IMG/VR virus record: IMGVR_UViG_3300020154_000006
Coordinates: 1 to 48,758 of that record
From: a virus
Lineage: Duplodnaviria; Caudoviricetes
Length of the DNA: 48,758 nt
Direction: 5' to 3' (one strand)
Part shown: piece by piece, positions 18,381 to 28,018 of the stretch
Position numbering within the stretch: the first letter of the stretch is position 1
Layout: every line of letters begins with the position of its first letter
Made by a program: the position numbers and the translations under genes
The notes under the pieces: model-generated
The model's input: only the letters and a program-made list of their open reading frames with translations
The model's database searches: none
Told to the model about the DNA's origin: nothing

Positions 18381-19531
18381 AATCCGAGCTGCAACGCGCC
18401 GGCATCAGCCAGGCGCATCTGGCCCGCGAGCTGAACCTGTCACCAGCTTTGGTGGCGCAATTGCTGAATCATGAAAAATGGCCGACCAGCCCGGATAAAA
18501 CCACCCTGAAGGGCCGGATTACCGAAGTGCTGGCCGACCACGATATTGCCGTTGACGCGGCACTGTTTGAACCCGCGCCGACTGTTGACGCAGCCGATGC
18601 GAAAAACCTACTGACCTTGGAGGTCCATGACATGTTACTACGAAAACAAACGCTGTCGCCAGCGGCAAAAAAACACTTCGGCCTGTTCCGCGATCCGTTC
18701 CAGGACGATCTCAATGAGGCCGAGGACGTCTTCAGCAGCCCGTCCATCCGCTATGTCCGCGAGTACCTGTGGACCACAGCCAAGCTGGGCGGATTCATGG
18801 CCGTGGTCGGCGAATCCGGCGCCGGCAAATCGACCCTGCGCAAGGATCTCGAAGACCGCATCAGCCGCGAGGACGCGCCGATCATCCTGATTCAGCCGTA
18901 TGTTTTGGGCATGGAGGATAACGACGTCAAGGGCAAAACCCTGAAATCAGCGGCGATCGCCGACGCCATCATCCGCACCGTGGCGCCGAACGAGAAGCCG
19001 TTCCTATCCATGGAGGCCAAGAGCCGCCAGCTGCACCGGATATTGAAGGACAGCCGCCGCGCCGGTTTCGCCCACTGCCTGGTGATCGAAGAGGCCCATG
19101 CCCTGAGCGTGCCGACCCTCAAACATTTAAAGCGGTTCCTGGAACTGGAAGACGGCTTCAAGAAGCTGCTGTCGATCGTGCTGATCGGCCAGACCGAGCT
19201 GAAAACCAAGCTCAATGAGCGTTCGCCCGAGGTGCGGGAAGTCGTGCAGCGCTGCGAGCTGGTGGAGCTGGACCCGCTGGATGCGCATGTCGATGAATAC
19301 CTGCGCTTTAAGTTCGGCCGCGTGGGCGCGGAGCTGGAAAACGTCTTCGAGAAAGACGCCCTGGACGGCATCAGGGCCCGGCTGATCTTTGCCAAGGCCA
19401 GCAAAGCCAGCCGGGAAACCATCAGCCTGATGTATCCCCTGATGGTCAACAATTTAGTCACTGCCGCGTTGAACCAGGCCGCCCAGCTGGGTTTTGCCAA
19501 GGTCAGCGGCGATTTGATCCGCGAGGCATAG
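18368..19531 (+). CDS. Transposition AAA+ ATPase (MuB analogue, ExeA-like) with N-terminal HTH
   Basis: GESGAGKST Walker A, LVIEEAH Walker B, LIGQTEL; N-terminal GISQAHLARELNLSPALVAQLLN. Confidence 0.93.
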   Translation: MLALKSELQRAGISQAHLARELNLSPALVAQLLNHEKWPTSPDKTTLKGRITEVLADHDIAVDAALFEPAPTVDAADAKNLLTLEVHDMLLRKQTLSPAAKKHFGLFRDPFQDDLNEAEDVFSSPSIRYVREYLWTTAKLGGFMAVVGESGAGKSTLRKDLEDRISREDAPIILIQPYVLGMEDNDVKGKTLKSAAIADAIIRTVAPNEKPFLSMEAKSRQLHRILKDSRRAGFAHCLVIEEAHALSVPTLKHLKRFLELEDGFKKLLSIVLIGQTELKTKLNERSPEVREVVQRCELVELDPLDAHVDEYLRFKFGRVGAELENVFEKDALDGIRARLIFAKASKASRETISLMYPLMVNNLVTAALNQAAQLGFAKVSGDLIREA

Positions 19532-19539
19532 AAGTCGAC

Positions 19540-19878
19540 ATGAGGACATTTATCAAACAACTGGCGGCGCGCATCGAGCGCGCCAGACCGGCCATGCAAC
19601 CCGTAGGAGTCTCTATGGCATCACAACTCGATAGCGCCAAACTGGCTGAAATCGCCGAGCACGTCAGCAAACTGGCGAGCCTGGGCCTTGAGGTGATCAG
19701 CTTTGACACCATTGACGGCGAACTGGTTTTCAGGGTTCGCGCGGAACCCCTGAAACTGGCCCGCCTGGGCTATGAAGTCCTGTCGTATCTGGACCTCGCC
19801 CTGGCGCCGAGCTTTACCGTTCGCCCCACCACCCTGCCGGCGCCCAGACAGGCCGGCTATACCGTGCAGGAGTTTTGA
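19540..19878 (+). CDS. Hypothetical early protein
   Basis: In the operon; no recognised motif. Confidence 0.6.
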   Translation: MRTFIKQLAARIERARPAMQPVGVSMASQLDSAKLAEIAEHVSKLASLGLEVISFDTIDGELVFRVRAEPLKLARLGYEVLSYLDLALAPSFTVRPTTLPAPRQAGYTVQEF

Positions 19879-19879
19879 C

Positions 19880-20044
19880 ATGATCAGACAGCGTAATGAT
19901 TTATTGATACACGCGCTCCGGAGAGCCAACTGGGAACTGCGCCTGGAACGGCTGGCCGCCCTGTTTGAACGCATCCGGCATCAAAAGCGCGCGGCGGACC
20001 GCCGCCGCACCGCGCGCGAACTGGAAACGCGAGGCTTCTTATGA
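19880..20044 (+). CDS. Small Arg-rich hypothetical protein
   Basis: AGGAG RBS; ATGA coupling to the next gene. Confidence 0.55.
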   Translation: MIRQRNDLLIHALRRANWELRLERLAALFERIRHQKRAADRRRTARELETRGFL

Positions 20045-20382
20045 GTGGCCGTCCGCATACCTTGGCGCCCGCGCTTGATGACGAGCCGCCCCTGGGCCTC
20101 GTCAACCAGGTCGCCCGGAAGTTGCTGAGCATGGGCTTTGTAGTCATCACGGCGCGGTTTGGCCCGGCGCCGTCCATCACCGTGAAAGCGACCCCGGCCA
20201 CTTGGCAGCTGGCCTCGCGCTACAAGGGTTGCGGCTTTGATGGCGGCCGCCATTACCGCACCTTTGCCGCCATTGTCGACGGCGTGGAGGTCGAGTGGCA
20301 CAAGCCGCACATCGCACCGGACGCCGCTCGGCCGAGTGCCCGGCATCCCTGGCGGCCGCGTGCGCTGAAAGCGGCGCATTGA
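20041..20382 (+). CDS. Hypothetical early protein
   Basis: FAAIVDGVEVEW C-terminal pattern seen in Mu-like early genes. Confidence 0.6.
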   Translation: MSGRPHTLAPALDDEPPLGLVNQVARKLLSMGFVVITARFGPAPSITVKATPATWQLASRYKGCGFDGGRHYRTFAAIVDGVEVEWHKPHIAPDAARPSARHPWRPRALKAAH

Positions 20383-20452
20383 AGACCCTGTCGGGTTATA
20401 CCCAAGGGCATGACCCGACCTACACAACGATTTATTAACCAAGAGACAACCC

Positions 20453-21070
20453 ATGAACAACACTAATGAAATCCCTGCCGGCTATTTGCGCAACGCGGCC
20501 GGCCATCTGGTCCCGCTGGATCTGGTCAGCGAGATCGACAAAACCCGCGATGCGCTGGTCCAGGAGATCGTCGAAAAAGCGGGCGACTTGCGCGGCCTGA
20601 TGGCCGACTTCAAGGCCGACGCGTTCGGCGACATCCAGGCGTTCGCGGAGCTGTCGGCCGAAAAATACGGCGTCAAGCTGGGCGGTATCAAGGGCAATAT
20701 CACGCTGTGCAGCTATGACGGCCGCTACCAGATCAAGCTGGCCCAGGCCGATATCAAAATCTTCGACGAGCGCCTGCAGGCCGCCAAGGAGCTGGTGGAC
20801 GCCTGCATCCACCGCTGGACCGAAGGCAGTCGCGCCGAAATCAAGGCGCTGGTCGAGCACGCCTTCCAGACCGATCGGGAAGGCAAGATCAGCCTGGGCC
20901 GCATCTATACGCTGATGCAGCTGGAGATCGAGGATTTTGAATGGCAAACGGCCATGCAGGCGCTGCGCGATTCCATGCAGGTAGTCAGCACCAAGGCCTA
21001 TCTGCGCATTTACGAGCGCAACCAGGCCGGCAAGTTCGAGCAGCTGGCGCTGGACTTGGCGGCCCTCTAA
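20453..21070 (+). CDS. DUF3164 family protein
   Basis: GYLRNAAGHLVP, GGIKGNITLCSYDG, FDERLQAAKELVDAC and KAYLRIYER motifs. Confidence 0.92.
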   Translation: MNNTNEIPAGYLRNAAGHLVPLDLVSEIDKTRDALVQEIVEKAGDLRGLMADFKADAFGDIQAFAELSAEKYGVKLGGIKGNITLCSYDGRYQIKLAQADIKIFDERLQAAKELVDACIHRWTEGSRAEIKALVEHAFQTDREGKISLGRIYTLMQLEIEDFEWQTAMQALRDSMQVVSTKAYLRIYERNQAGKFEQLALDLAAL

Positions 21071-21093
21071 GACGGGTAAACAGGGAGCACGGA

Positions 21094-21669
21094 ATGAGCA
21101 AGAAACGCTTTATCCAGGCCGTTATTGCCCGCTGCCTGCCCAGCCCGGACAAACGGCAGGCGGCGCTGGACTATGCCGAGGACCTGTGGGACTGGCTGAC
21201 TAAAACCGGCTATGGCGCCGACCAGCCGGCAACACCGCGCGAAACCAAACGCTGGAGTGATGAATTTACGCACCGGCAAGCGCTGGCCTTCAAGGCTTTT
21301 TGGGAGGCCTTCGCCTATAAAAAAGGTAGCAACCGGGCGGCGATGCGCTGGGTCCAGCTGGGGGAACTGAGCAAGGATGAATACCAGGCCATTATCGACG
21401 CGGCCAAACAGGAGGCGCAGCGCCCGTTGCCGCCGGGGCAAGTGCGCAAGATGGCCGAAGGCTGGCTGTTCGAGCGGCGCTGGGAGGATCACGCCAGGCC
21501 GCAGGCCGACCCGAGCAGGCAGCTGGCGCTGGAACTGAATCGGCTGATGAATGAGCTAGCCGGCCTGAACAGCCTGTACAACACCAGCAAAGAGCCGGCG
21601 CTAAAAGGGCAGATCAAAAGACTGGAACAACAAATCCAAACCATGCGCAACGCGCATCAAGGGGCTTGA
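21094..21669 (+). CDS. Hypothetical protein with helical domain resembling phage replication-protein C-termini
   Basis: FKAFWEAFAYKKG...KMAEGWLFERRWED; GGGAG RBS. Confidence 0.7.
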   Translation: MSKKRFIQAVIARCLPSPDKRQAALDYAEDLWDWLTKTGYGADQPATPRETKRWSDEFTHRQALAFKAFWEAFAYKKGSNRAAMRWVQLGELSKDEYQAIIDAAKQEAQRPLPPGQVRKMAEGWLFERRWEDHARPQADPSRQLALELNRLMNELAGLNSLYNTSKEPALKGQIKRLEQQIQTMRNAHQGA

Positions 21670-21670
21670 A

Positions 21671-22168
21671 ATGCAGCATAACAACCGTCAAAGCCAGTTC
21701 GACCGCAACCGCTATTACAAGCTGCTACGCGTCGGTAAACAGGAGCTGGGCTGGGATGACGAATTCTACTACGGCATCTGGCTGCCGATGCAGGGCGCAA
21801 CGCTCAAGGACGGGCGCTATTCGGCGTCCACGCTCACCAATACCCAGCTGTTCAAGGCCGTCGAAACCATGAAGAGCAAGGGCTTCAAGGTTCGGTACAA
21901 ATCCGGCAACAAGCGCGCCCGGCCAGTAAATCCGCAGCGCCGCCTGGCCGATGACGCCCAGTCCCGGAAAATCCGCGCCCTGTGGCTGGAGCTGCATGCG
22001 GCGGGCAAGGTACGGAACCCGTCCGAGGCCAGCCTGTGCGCTTACGTCAAGCGCATGACCGATGTCGACGCCTTGCAATGGCTCGGCAGCGGCGAGGCGT
22101 CCGGCGTGATCGAGGCCCTGAAGAAATGGCTGAAACGCCCCGTCAAACCGGCCGCGAGCGCCGAATGA
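21671..22168 (+). CDS. gemA: GemA / Mu gp16 family (DUF1018)
   Basis: GKQELGWDDEFY, QSRKIRALWLEL, YVKRMTDVDALQWL and VIEALKKW motifs. Confidence 0.9.
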   Translation: MQHNNRQSQFDRNRYYKLLRVGKQELGWDDEFYYGIWLPMQGATLKDGRYSASTLTNTQLFKAVETMKSKGFKVRYKSGNKRARPVNPQRRLADDAQSRKIRALWLELHAAGKVRNPSEASLCAYVKRMTDVDALQWLGSGEASGVIEALKKWLKRPVKPAASAE

Positions 22169-22557
22169 TGAACGACCTGCCACGGCACCTGCTGCCCGCC
22201 AGCCTGCTGCAGATCGCCGACTACTGCGGCGAGGCCGTCATGTGGGCGATCTGGAGCGAATACGGCGGCGGGCATTTGTCAGTGCCGGTGCAGGCCACCC
22301 CGGCGCATAGCCTGAGCCAGCTGCTGGGCTTCGCCGCCGCCTGCCGGTTTTGCCAAGCCTTCGGCGGCGAACTGTTGACCATCCCCAAGGCCGAGGCGGC
22401 CAAGCGCGCGGTCCGGAACGAACGCATCCGCCAGGATCGCCGCGAGGGCCTGGACAATTTCAGCCTGTGCCGGAAATACGGGTTGACCGAGCGCCAGATC
22501 ATCGCCATCTGCCAGGCCGAAGAGCCCGTCATGTTTAACATGGATCTGTTTGAATAG
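22165..22557 (+). CDS. mor: Mor/C family late transcription activator
   Basis: YGGGHLSVP, FGGELLTIPK, RNERIRQD and LCRKYGLTERQIIAI motifs. Confidence 0.9.
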   Translation: MMNDLPRHLLPASLLQIADYCGEAVMWAIWSEYGGGHLSVPVQATPAHSLSQLLGFAAACRFCQAFGGELLTIPKAEAAKRAVRNERIRQDRREGLDNFSLCRKYGLTERQIIAICQAEEPVMFNMDLFE

Positions 22558-22707
22558 AGGCGATTTAAGCCCCGTACGCCCCACTGCCGCTATCATGGCC
22601 CGGCCAGCCTGCCGTTTTAGCCTCATAAAGCGTTTATAAACGCGATTCGCCCTCATCGAATGGCGGGTGTAACAGCCCATCCCCATCCTTTCCGCAATAC
22701 CCCCTTC

Positions 22708-22750
22708 TGAAGGGCTTCACATTATGCCCCCGCTCATGACTGCCTATGAT
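22708..22750 (+). promoter_or_regulatory. Late promoter of the capsid/tail operon
   Basis: TGAAGGGCTTCA dyad (22708-22719), 25 bp gap, TATGAT (22745-22750); ATG 22758 lies 7 bp after the -10. Confidence 0.7.
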
Positions 22751-22757
22751 GCGGTCC

Positions 22758-23840
22758 ATGAGCCAACATAAACCCCAAATCGCCGCTTGCCTGTTTTCAC
22801 TGTCGCCTGACGCCGATGGCGCCATCCAGCTGTTCCCTGCCGGTCAGTTCGACGCCCCGCGCGGCGCCTTGCGCGGCCAAGGCCCCTGGCAACTCGATGC
22901 GCCATCGGCGCAACGGCTGATTAGCGCGGTAGCGCGGCGCACTAACCCCATTCTGATCGACTATGAGCATCAATCCCTGCTGGTCGCCGAAAACGGCAAG
23001 CCCGTGCCGGCGGCCGGCTGGATCGATGCGGCCTCGCTGCAATGGCGCGAGGGCGTGGGACTGTTCGCCGCTCGGGTGCAATGGACCGGCGCCGCTTCCG
23101 CCCATATCGCCGCCGACGAATACCGCTATCTGTCGCCGGTGTTCAGCTACGACAAAACGGGCACCGTGCTGGATATCCTGAGCGTGGCGCTCACTAACAA
23201 CCCCGCCATTGACGGCATGCGCGCCGTAACCGTTGCGGCCGCCAGTTTTTTCGCGTTAACCCCACCCCACGAGGACCCTATGAATAAAGCATTGCTAGCC
23301 CTGTTGGGCTTACCCGAGGATGCCGACGAGGCCGCCGTACTGGCCGCCGCCACGGCACTCAAAGCCGGCGCCGACCAGGTCGCGGCCCTTTCGACGCAAG
23401 TCGCGGCCTTGAAGGCGCAAACCCCGGACCCGGCCAAGTTCGTGCCGATCGAGAGTGTCAAGGCGCTGCAAACCGAACTGGCCGCGCTGAGCGCCACCGT
23501 CAACGCCGACAAGATCAGCAAGCTGATCGAACCGGCCCTGGCCGATGGCCGCCTGTTGCCGGCGCAGAAAGACTGGGCGGAAAACCTGGGCAAATCCAAC
23601 TTCGCCGCCCTGTCGGCGTATCTGGATACCGCTCAACCGCTCGCAGCCCTGGCCGGCCTGCAAACCGGCGGCAAGGCGCCGACGGCGGTCGACAAGACCC
23701 TGCCTGTCGAAGATCGCGCGAAAGCCGAGTTCGAAGGCTCCGCCGCCCTGCGCGCCGAGTTCGGCACGGCCGACACTTACATCGCCTATTGCAAAGCCAA
23801 TGAATCAGGCGCCGTCAAAATTCTCGGAGGTAACGACTAA
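22758..23840 (+). CDS. Prohead protease I with C-terminal scaffold (Z) region
   Basis: ILIDYEHQS, PAAGWI, EYRYLSPVFSYD and ALTNNPAIDGM motifs. Probable internal scaffold start MNKALL at 23280 after GAGGA. Confidence 0.93.
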   Translation: MSQHKPQIAACLFSLSPDADGAIQLFPAGQFDAPRGALRGQGPWQLDAPSAQRLISAVARRTNPILIDYEHQSLLVAENGKPVPAAGWIDAASLQWREGVGLFAARVQWTGAASAHIAADEYRYLSPVFSYDKTGTVLDILSVALTNNPAIDGMRAVTVAAASFFALTPPHEDPMNKALLALLGLPEDADEAAVLAAATALKAGADQVAALSTQVAALKAQTPDPAKFVPIESVKALQTELAALSATVNADKISKLIEPALADGRLLPAQKDWAENLGKSNFAALSAYLDTAQPLAALAGLQTGGKAPTAVDKTLPVEDRAKAEFEGSAALRAEFGTADTYIAYCKANESGAVKILGGND

Positions 23841-24607
23841 TGACGACTTTAGCAGACGATAAAATCCGCCCGTATGAAGGCGGCAACCGCAATGAATTCC
23901 CGGTCATCGCCGCCGACATCATTTATGAAGGCGCGGCGGTCGGCCTGGTGGCCGGCACGGGCCATGCCCAACCACTGGCGGCCGGCGACCGTTTCGCCGG
24001 GTTCGCCGAAGCACGCGCCGATAACACCGGCGGGGCAGCAGCAGCCATCAACGTCAGGGTGATCGAAAGCGGCAAGATCGAACTGCCCGTGACCGGCGCC
24101 GTCATCACCGACATCGGCCAGCCGGTTTATGCGCAGGACGACGACACGTTCAGCTTTAACCCCGTGGCCGGCGTGTTTGTCGGTTTCGTGCACCGGTTCG
24201 TCAGCGCCGGCGTCGCGGTCGTGGCGTTCGATGCGGTCCGCTATGTCGACCCCTGGGCGGCCTATACGGTGCGCGAGGCGATCGCGGCCGACAAGACGCT
24301 GGATATCGAGGATAACGGCAAGCTGTTCGTGGTGACGGCGGATGCCAAGGTCATCACCCTGCCGGCCGTGGCCACGCCCGTGAACTGCGCGATCATGAAC
24401 GGCGGCGCCTTCGGCACGATCGCGGTCAATATCTCGCCCAACGCCGCCGACAAAATCCAGGGACCGGATCTGCCCGGCACCGACAACAAGGACCTGATCA
24501 ACACCAAGGCCACGGCCCGACGCGGCGATTATGTCCGCCTGGAAACCGGCGACGCCAACGGCCCGATCGTAGCCGAACTGCGCGGCACCTGGGCAACCGA
24601 AGCTTAA
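23840..24607 (+). CDS. Capsid decoration/cement protein (DUF2190-like) with an additional C-terminal domain
   Basis: IYEGAAVGL, TDIGQPVYAQDDDTF and GVFVGFVHRF motifs; lies between protease and capsid; ~120 extra aa. Confidence 0.7.
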   Translation: MTTLADDKIRPYEGGNRNEFPVIAADIIYEGAAVGLVAGTGHAQPLAAGDRFAGFAEARADNTGGAAAAINVRVIESGKIELPVTGAVITDIGQPVYAQDDDTFSFNPVAGVFVGFVHRFVSAGVAVVAFDAVRYVDPWAAYTVREAIAADKTLDIEDNGKLFVVTADAKVITLPAVATPVNCAIMNGGAFGTIAVNISPNAADKIQGPDLPGTDNKDLINTKATARRGDYVRLETGDANGPIVAELRGTWATEA

Positions 24608-24625
24608 TCTGAAGGATAAAAATAC

Positions 24626-25579
24626 ATGAGTGCTACTAGAGAAACCCTGAGTTCCCGCGCCGTTGTCGGCATGTACTACGAGCGCCTGCAGGCGCTGGTG
24701 GCGGCCGCCTGGATCGACGCCGTCTCCAACTATTTCACCTCCGACCAGCCCAGCGAGGAATACGCCTGGCTGAACATGCCGCCGACCTTGCGCGAATGGA
24801 TCGGCGGCCGCCATGCCAAGGGCTTAACGGCCAACGGCATCGAGATCAAAAACCGCCATTTCGAGGCGACGATGGAGATTCTGCTCCGCGATCTGCGCCG
24901 CGACAAGACCGGCCAGCTGCGCACCCGGATGTCCGAATTCGCCGAACGCGGCCTGACGCATTTCGCCAGCTTGCTCAGTACGCTGATCGTCAACGGCGAA
25001 AGCACGGTCTGCTACGACGGCCAGTATTTCTTCGATACCGACCACTCGGAAGGCGCTTCCGGCTCGCAGAGCAACGATATCACCACCGATATCTCGGCGC
25101 TGCCGGCCAGCGTGCACGGCGCCGCGACCGCGCCGAGCCCCGAGGAAATGCAGCAGGCGATTTTGAAATCCATCGCCCAGATGCACACCTTGGTTGACGA
25201 TCAGGGCGAGCCGATCAACGAATTGGCCAGCCAGTTCCTGGTTATGGTGCCGGTGGGTCTGAGCGACGCCGCGCGCTCCGGCTTGTCGACGGCACGGGTC
25301 GCAGGCCCCAGCACCTTCGATATCGACGGCATGTCGATCCGCCTGGCGGTCAATCCACGCCTGACGGCGGCCGGCTGGACCGACAAGTTCGCGACCTTCC
25401 GCACCGACGGCAGCGTCAAGCCGTTGATCCGGCAGGAAGAAACCAAGCCGACGCTGAAAGTGAAAGACGAGAACAGCGAGTTCGCGTTCGATAACGACGC
25501 TATCCAGCTCGGCCTCGACACCTGGCGCAACGTTGGCTACGGTCGCTGGCAGGGCGCTGTCCTGAACACGTTGGTGTAA
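24626..25579 (+). CDS. Major capsid protein (Mu gpT family)
   Basis: EEYAWL...LREWIGGR, IKNRHFEAT, CYDGQYFFDTDH and NVGYGRWQ motifs. Confidence 0.95.
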   Translation: MSATRETLSSRAVVGMYYERLQALVAAAWIDAVSNYFTSDQPSEEYAWLNMPPTLREWIGGRHAKGLTANGIEIKNRHFEATMEILLRDLRRDKTGQLRTRMSEFAERGLTHFASLLSTLIVNGESTVCYDGQYFFDTDHSEGASGSQSNDITTDISALPASVHGAATAPSPEEMQQAILKSIAQMHTLVDDQGEPINELASQFLVMVPVGLSDAARSGLSTARVAGPSTFDIDGMSIRLAVNPRLTAAGWTDKFATFRTDGSVKPLIRQEETKPTLKVKDENSEFAFDNDAIQLGLDTWRNVGYGRWQGAVLNTLV

Positions 25580-25582
25580 GCC

Positions 25583-26044
25583 ATGGACTTTTATAAAACG
25601 CTTGAGACAGTACGGTTGCCCGGCGGCACCGTGCTGGCGCTAACCTCCAATCAAATCCGCCGGCGTCAGCATTTGCTGGACGTGGCCAAGTACGGCGAAA
25701 CCTGTTGTGCCAAGCAAGCCGTCGAGTTCAAGGCCGGCGAAGTGATCGGCCTGGAACAAGTGCCCTTGGCACTAGAAACCGCTCTGGAACCGGTCAATCT
25801 GGCCATGCTGCAAGAAGGCGATTTGCTTTCTGGCGATCTGGAATACCGTGGCGAAGGCGAATTGCTGACGATTGATGATTCAATCGGTTCGGCCGGCGCT
25901 GGAGAGAAGATCGACGCGACCCTCGAAGAGCGCCCGGACAATGCCGAGCCCGGCGAGCAGATCCAGCCCGAATCGGGCGATCTGGCGCCAGTCCCTGCAG
26001 CCAGGCGAGACGCTAAACCCAAGGATAAGGGCGCAGGCAAATGA
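25583..26044 (+). CDS. Hypothetical head-associated protein
   Basis: Between capsid and gp36; VEFKAGEVIG motif and an acidic disordered tail. Confidence 0.65.
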   Translation: MDFYKTLETVRLPGGTVLALTSNQIRRRQHLLDVAKYGETCCAKQAVEFKAGEVIGLEQVPLALETALEPVNLAMLQEGDLLSGDLEYRGEGELLTIDDSIGSAGAGEKIDATLEERPDNAEPGEQIQPESGDLAPVPAARRDAKPKDKGAGK

Positions 26045-26448
26045 GCTACTGCACGCTGCAAGACCTGATCGACGAGTTTACCGAGGCCGAGCTGGTCCAG
26101 CTGACGGACGCGGCCGGCACCGGCGAGATCGATACCGTGCCCGTCGAAAAAGCCCTTGCGCGTGCGGACCGCACGATCAACCGCTACCTGGCCGGCCGCA
26201 ACGAGCTGCCGCTGGCCGATGACGAGGTGGTCGATCTGGCCTGTGATATCGCCCGTTATTATCTGTACGCGGACCAAGTCCCGAGCCACGTCCAGAAGCG
26301 TTTTGACGATGCCGTCAAGGCATTGGAAAAAATGGCGGCCCGCAAGATCGCCGTCGTCGATACGGCCGGCACGGCAGCCGCCGAAAGCGCCGCCGCGCCG
26401 GAAATGGAATCCAGCGCCAGCGTGTTCGGCCGTAGCGGGGATTGGTGA
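26041..26448 (+). CDS. Head-tail adaptor (Mu gp36/J, DUF1320)
   Basis: MSYCTLQDL...ELVQLTD...INRYLAGR..LPL...ACDIARYYLY. Confidence 0.92.
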   Translation: MSYCTLQDLIDEFTEAELVQLTDAAGTGEIDTVPVEKALARADRTINRYLAGRNELPLADDEVVDLACDIARYYLYADQVPSHVQKRFDDAVKALEKMAARKIAVVDTAGTAAAESAAAPEMESSASVFGRSGDW

Positions 26449-26906
26449 TGGAGAACTACCTGGCAGCGGAAGCGCTGATCAAGCAGCGCCTGATCGACAA
26501 GGTGCCGGCCATACCGGCCCATCATGTCCTGTCGGCCGCTGATCTGGACGGCGTGAAGGAAAACGCGCAGGCCACACCGGCGCTGCATGTGATTTATTTC
26601 GATGACGAGGTGCCGACCGGCGAAGGTAGCCAGGCCGGCACCGGCCGGGCTCAGCTCGTCAACCAGTTGTGGCTGGTGACGCTGGTAGTGCGCAATGTCA
26701 AAGGCAAGACCGGCGAAGGCAACCGGAGCGACGCCGGCCTGCTGATCGGTCCGGTCCTGGCGGCCCTGCAAGGCTGGAAACCCTCCGCCGAACATGGCCC
26801 GCTGTACCGGCGCAAATCGCCTTATCGCGTGACCTATCGGAACGGATTCGGGTATTTCACCTTTTTATTCAGCACAAAAATTTCAATCACAGGGCTCACA
26901 TCATGA
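26448..26906 (+). CDS. Tail terminator (Mu gp37-like)
   Basis: TPALHVIY, QLWLVTLVVRN and VLAALQGWKP motifs; position. Confidence 0.8.
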   Translation: MENYLAAEALIKQRLIDKVPAIPAHHVLSAADLDGVKENAQATPALHVIYFDDEVPTGEGSQAGTGRAQLVNQLWLVTLVVRNVKGKTGEGNRSDAGLLIGPVLAALQGWKPSAEHGPLYRRKSPYRVTYRNGFGYFTFLFSTKISITGLTS

Positions 26907-27091
26907 GCGATACGAGAAAGATGATAACCAACCCGATCAGCGGCCAGCGCGTGCCGGCCGATGAGGCGTTGTTCTATGATCCGGAAACAACGAATAGCCC
27001 GTTGTGGCCCTATAGCCGAACGCCCAAAAATGCCGATAAAGCGGCAACGAATCAATCATCCCCCCGAGGTAGAAATGGCAGCGACAACTGA
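26903..27091 (+). CDS. Small hypothetical protein
   Basis: ATGA coupling to gp37. Confidence 0.45.
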   Translation: MSDTRKMITNPISGQRVPADEALFYDPETTNSPLWPYSRTPKNADKAATNQSSPRGRNGSDN

Positions 27092-27248
27092 ACCAGTAAA
27101 AACCGAAATCAAGCGCGTGAAAGTGAAGCTGAAAATGCGCCACACCCACGCCGGCATCGAATACGACGAAGCGGCCGTCAAGGCCGGCGTCGAGATCGAA
27201 ATTACCGAACAACAAGCCGCCGTCCTGAAAGCCCAGGGCGTTATTTAA
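27075..27248 (+). CDS. Small tail-associated protein
   Basis: GAGG RBS; HTHAGIEY...IEITEQQAAVLKAQGVI, typical of the gene just before the tail tube. Confidence 0.7.
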   Translation: MAATTEPVKTEIKRVKVKLKMRHTHAGIEYDEAAVKAGVEIEITEQQAAVLKAQGVI

Positions 27249-27268
27249 CTTAATTACGGGAAATCACC

Positions 27269-28018
27269 ATGTCAGGATTTTTAGGCTCCGGCCGCATTTA
27301 CGTCGACCGCAAAGTCGGCAGTGTTTTTCAAGGGCTGAAACTCATCGGCAACGCCACCAAGTTCGAGATCAAGGAGAACTCGGAAAAAAAGGAGCGGGTT
27401 TCGAAAGACCGGTCCAACTACGGCTCGGCCCTCAATACCGTGTTCGTCAAAAAGCCGGCCGAGGTCAATATCACGCTCGACGACCTGGACCGGGATAACC
27501 TGGCGCTGGTGTTTCTGGGCGATGCGTCTGCCGTGTCCGTGACCGGCGCGACGGTGACCGATGAAGTCGTGTCCGGCTATAAGGACCGCATTTTCAAGAC
27601 CGCCAAGCGCAAGATCAGCAGTGTCGTGCTGACCGACACGGCCGGTACGACTACCTATGTGCTCGATACCGACTATGAGATCGTCGATGCGGATCTGGGA
27701 CTGATCAAAGTGCTGACGGCGGGCGCCATTACCGATGGTCAGTCGCTGAAGATCGATTACACCTACGGCAGCATGACCTCCAACAAAGTCGCCGGCGGCA
27801 CCAATTCCAACGTGATCGTCAAGATCCTGTTCGACGGCGTCAACCAGGCGGACCAGTCCAAAGCGGTCGTCAACGTGCTCGAGGCGGTGCTGTCGCCGAC
27901 CTCGGGCGTGGATTTCCTGTCTGACGAATTCACGTCGATCGAGCTGGCCGGCATTGCCAACGTGCCCACCGGCGGCACGGCGGCCTATGAAGTCGAACTG
28001 GATGTGGTGTATAGCTAA
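27269..28018 (+). CDS. Major tail (tube) protein
   Basis: FLGSGRIYV, IGNATKFEI, DNLALVFLG and LSPTSGVDFLSDEF motifs; no sheath gene found. Confidence 0.85.
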   Translation: MSGFLGSGRIYVDRKVGSVFQGLKLIGNATKFEIKENSEKKERVSKDRSNYGSALNTVFVKKPAEVNITLDDLDRDNLALVFLGDASAVSVTGATVTDEVVSGYKDRIFKTAKRKISSVVLTDTAGTTTYVLDTDYEIVDADLGLIKVLTAGAITDGQSLKIDYTYGSMTSNKVAGGTNSNVIVKILFDGVNQADQSKAVVNVLEAVLSPTSGVDFLSDEFTSIELAGIANVPTGGTAAYEVELDVVYS

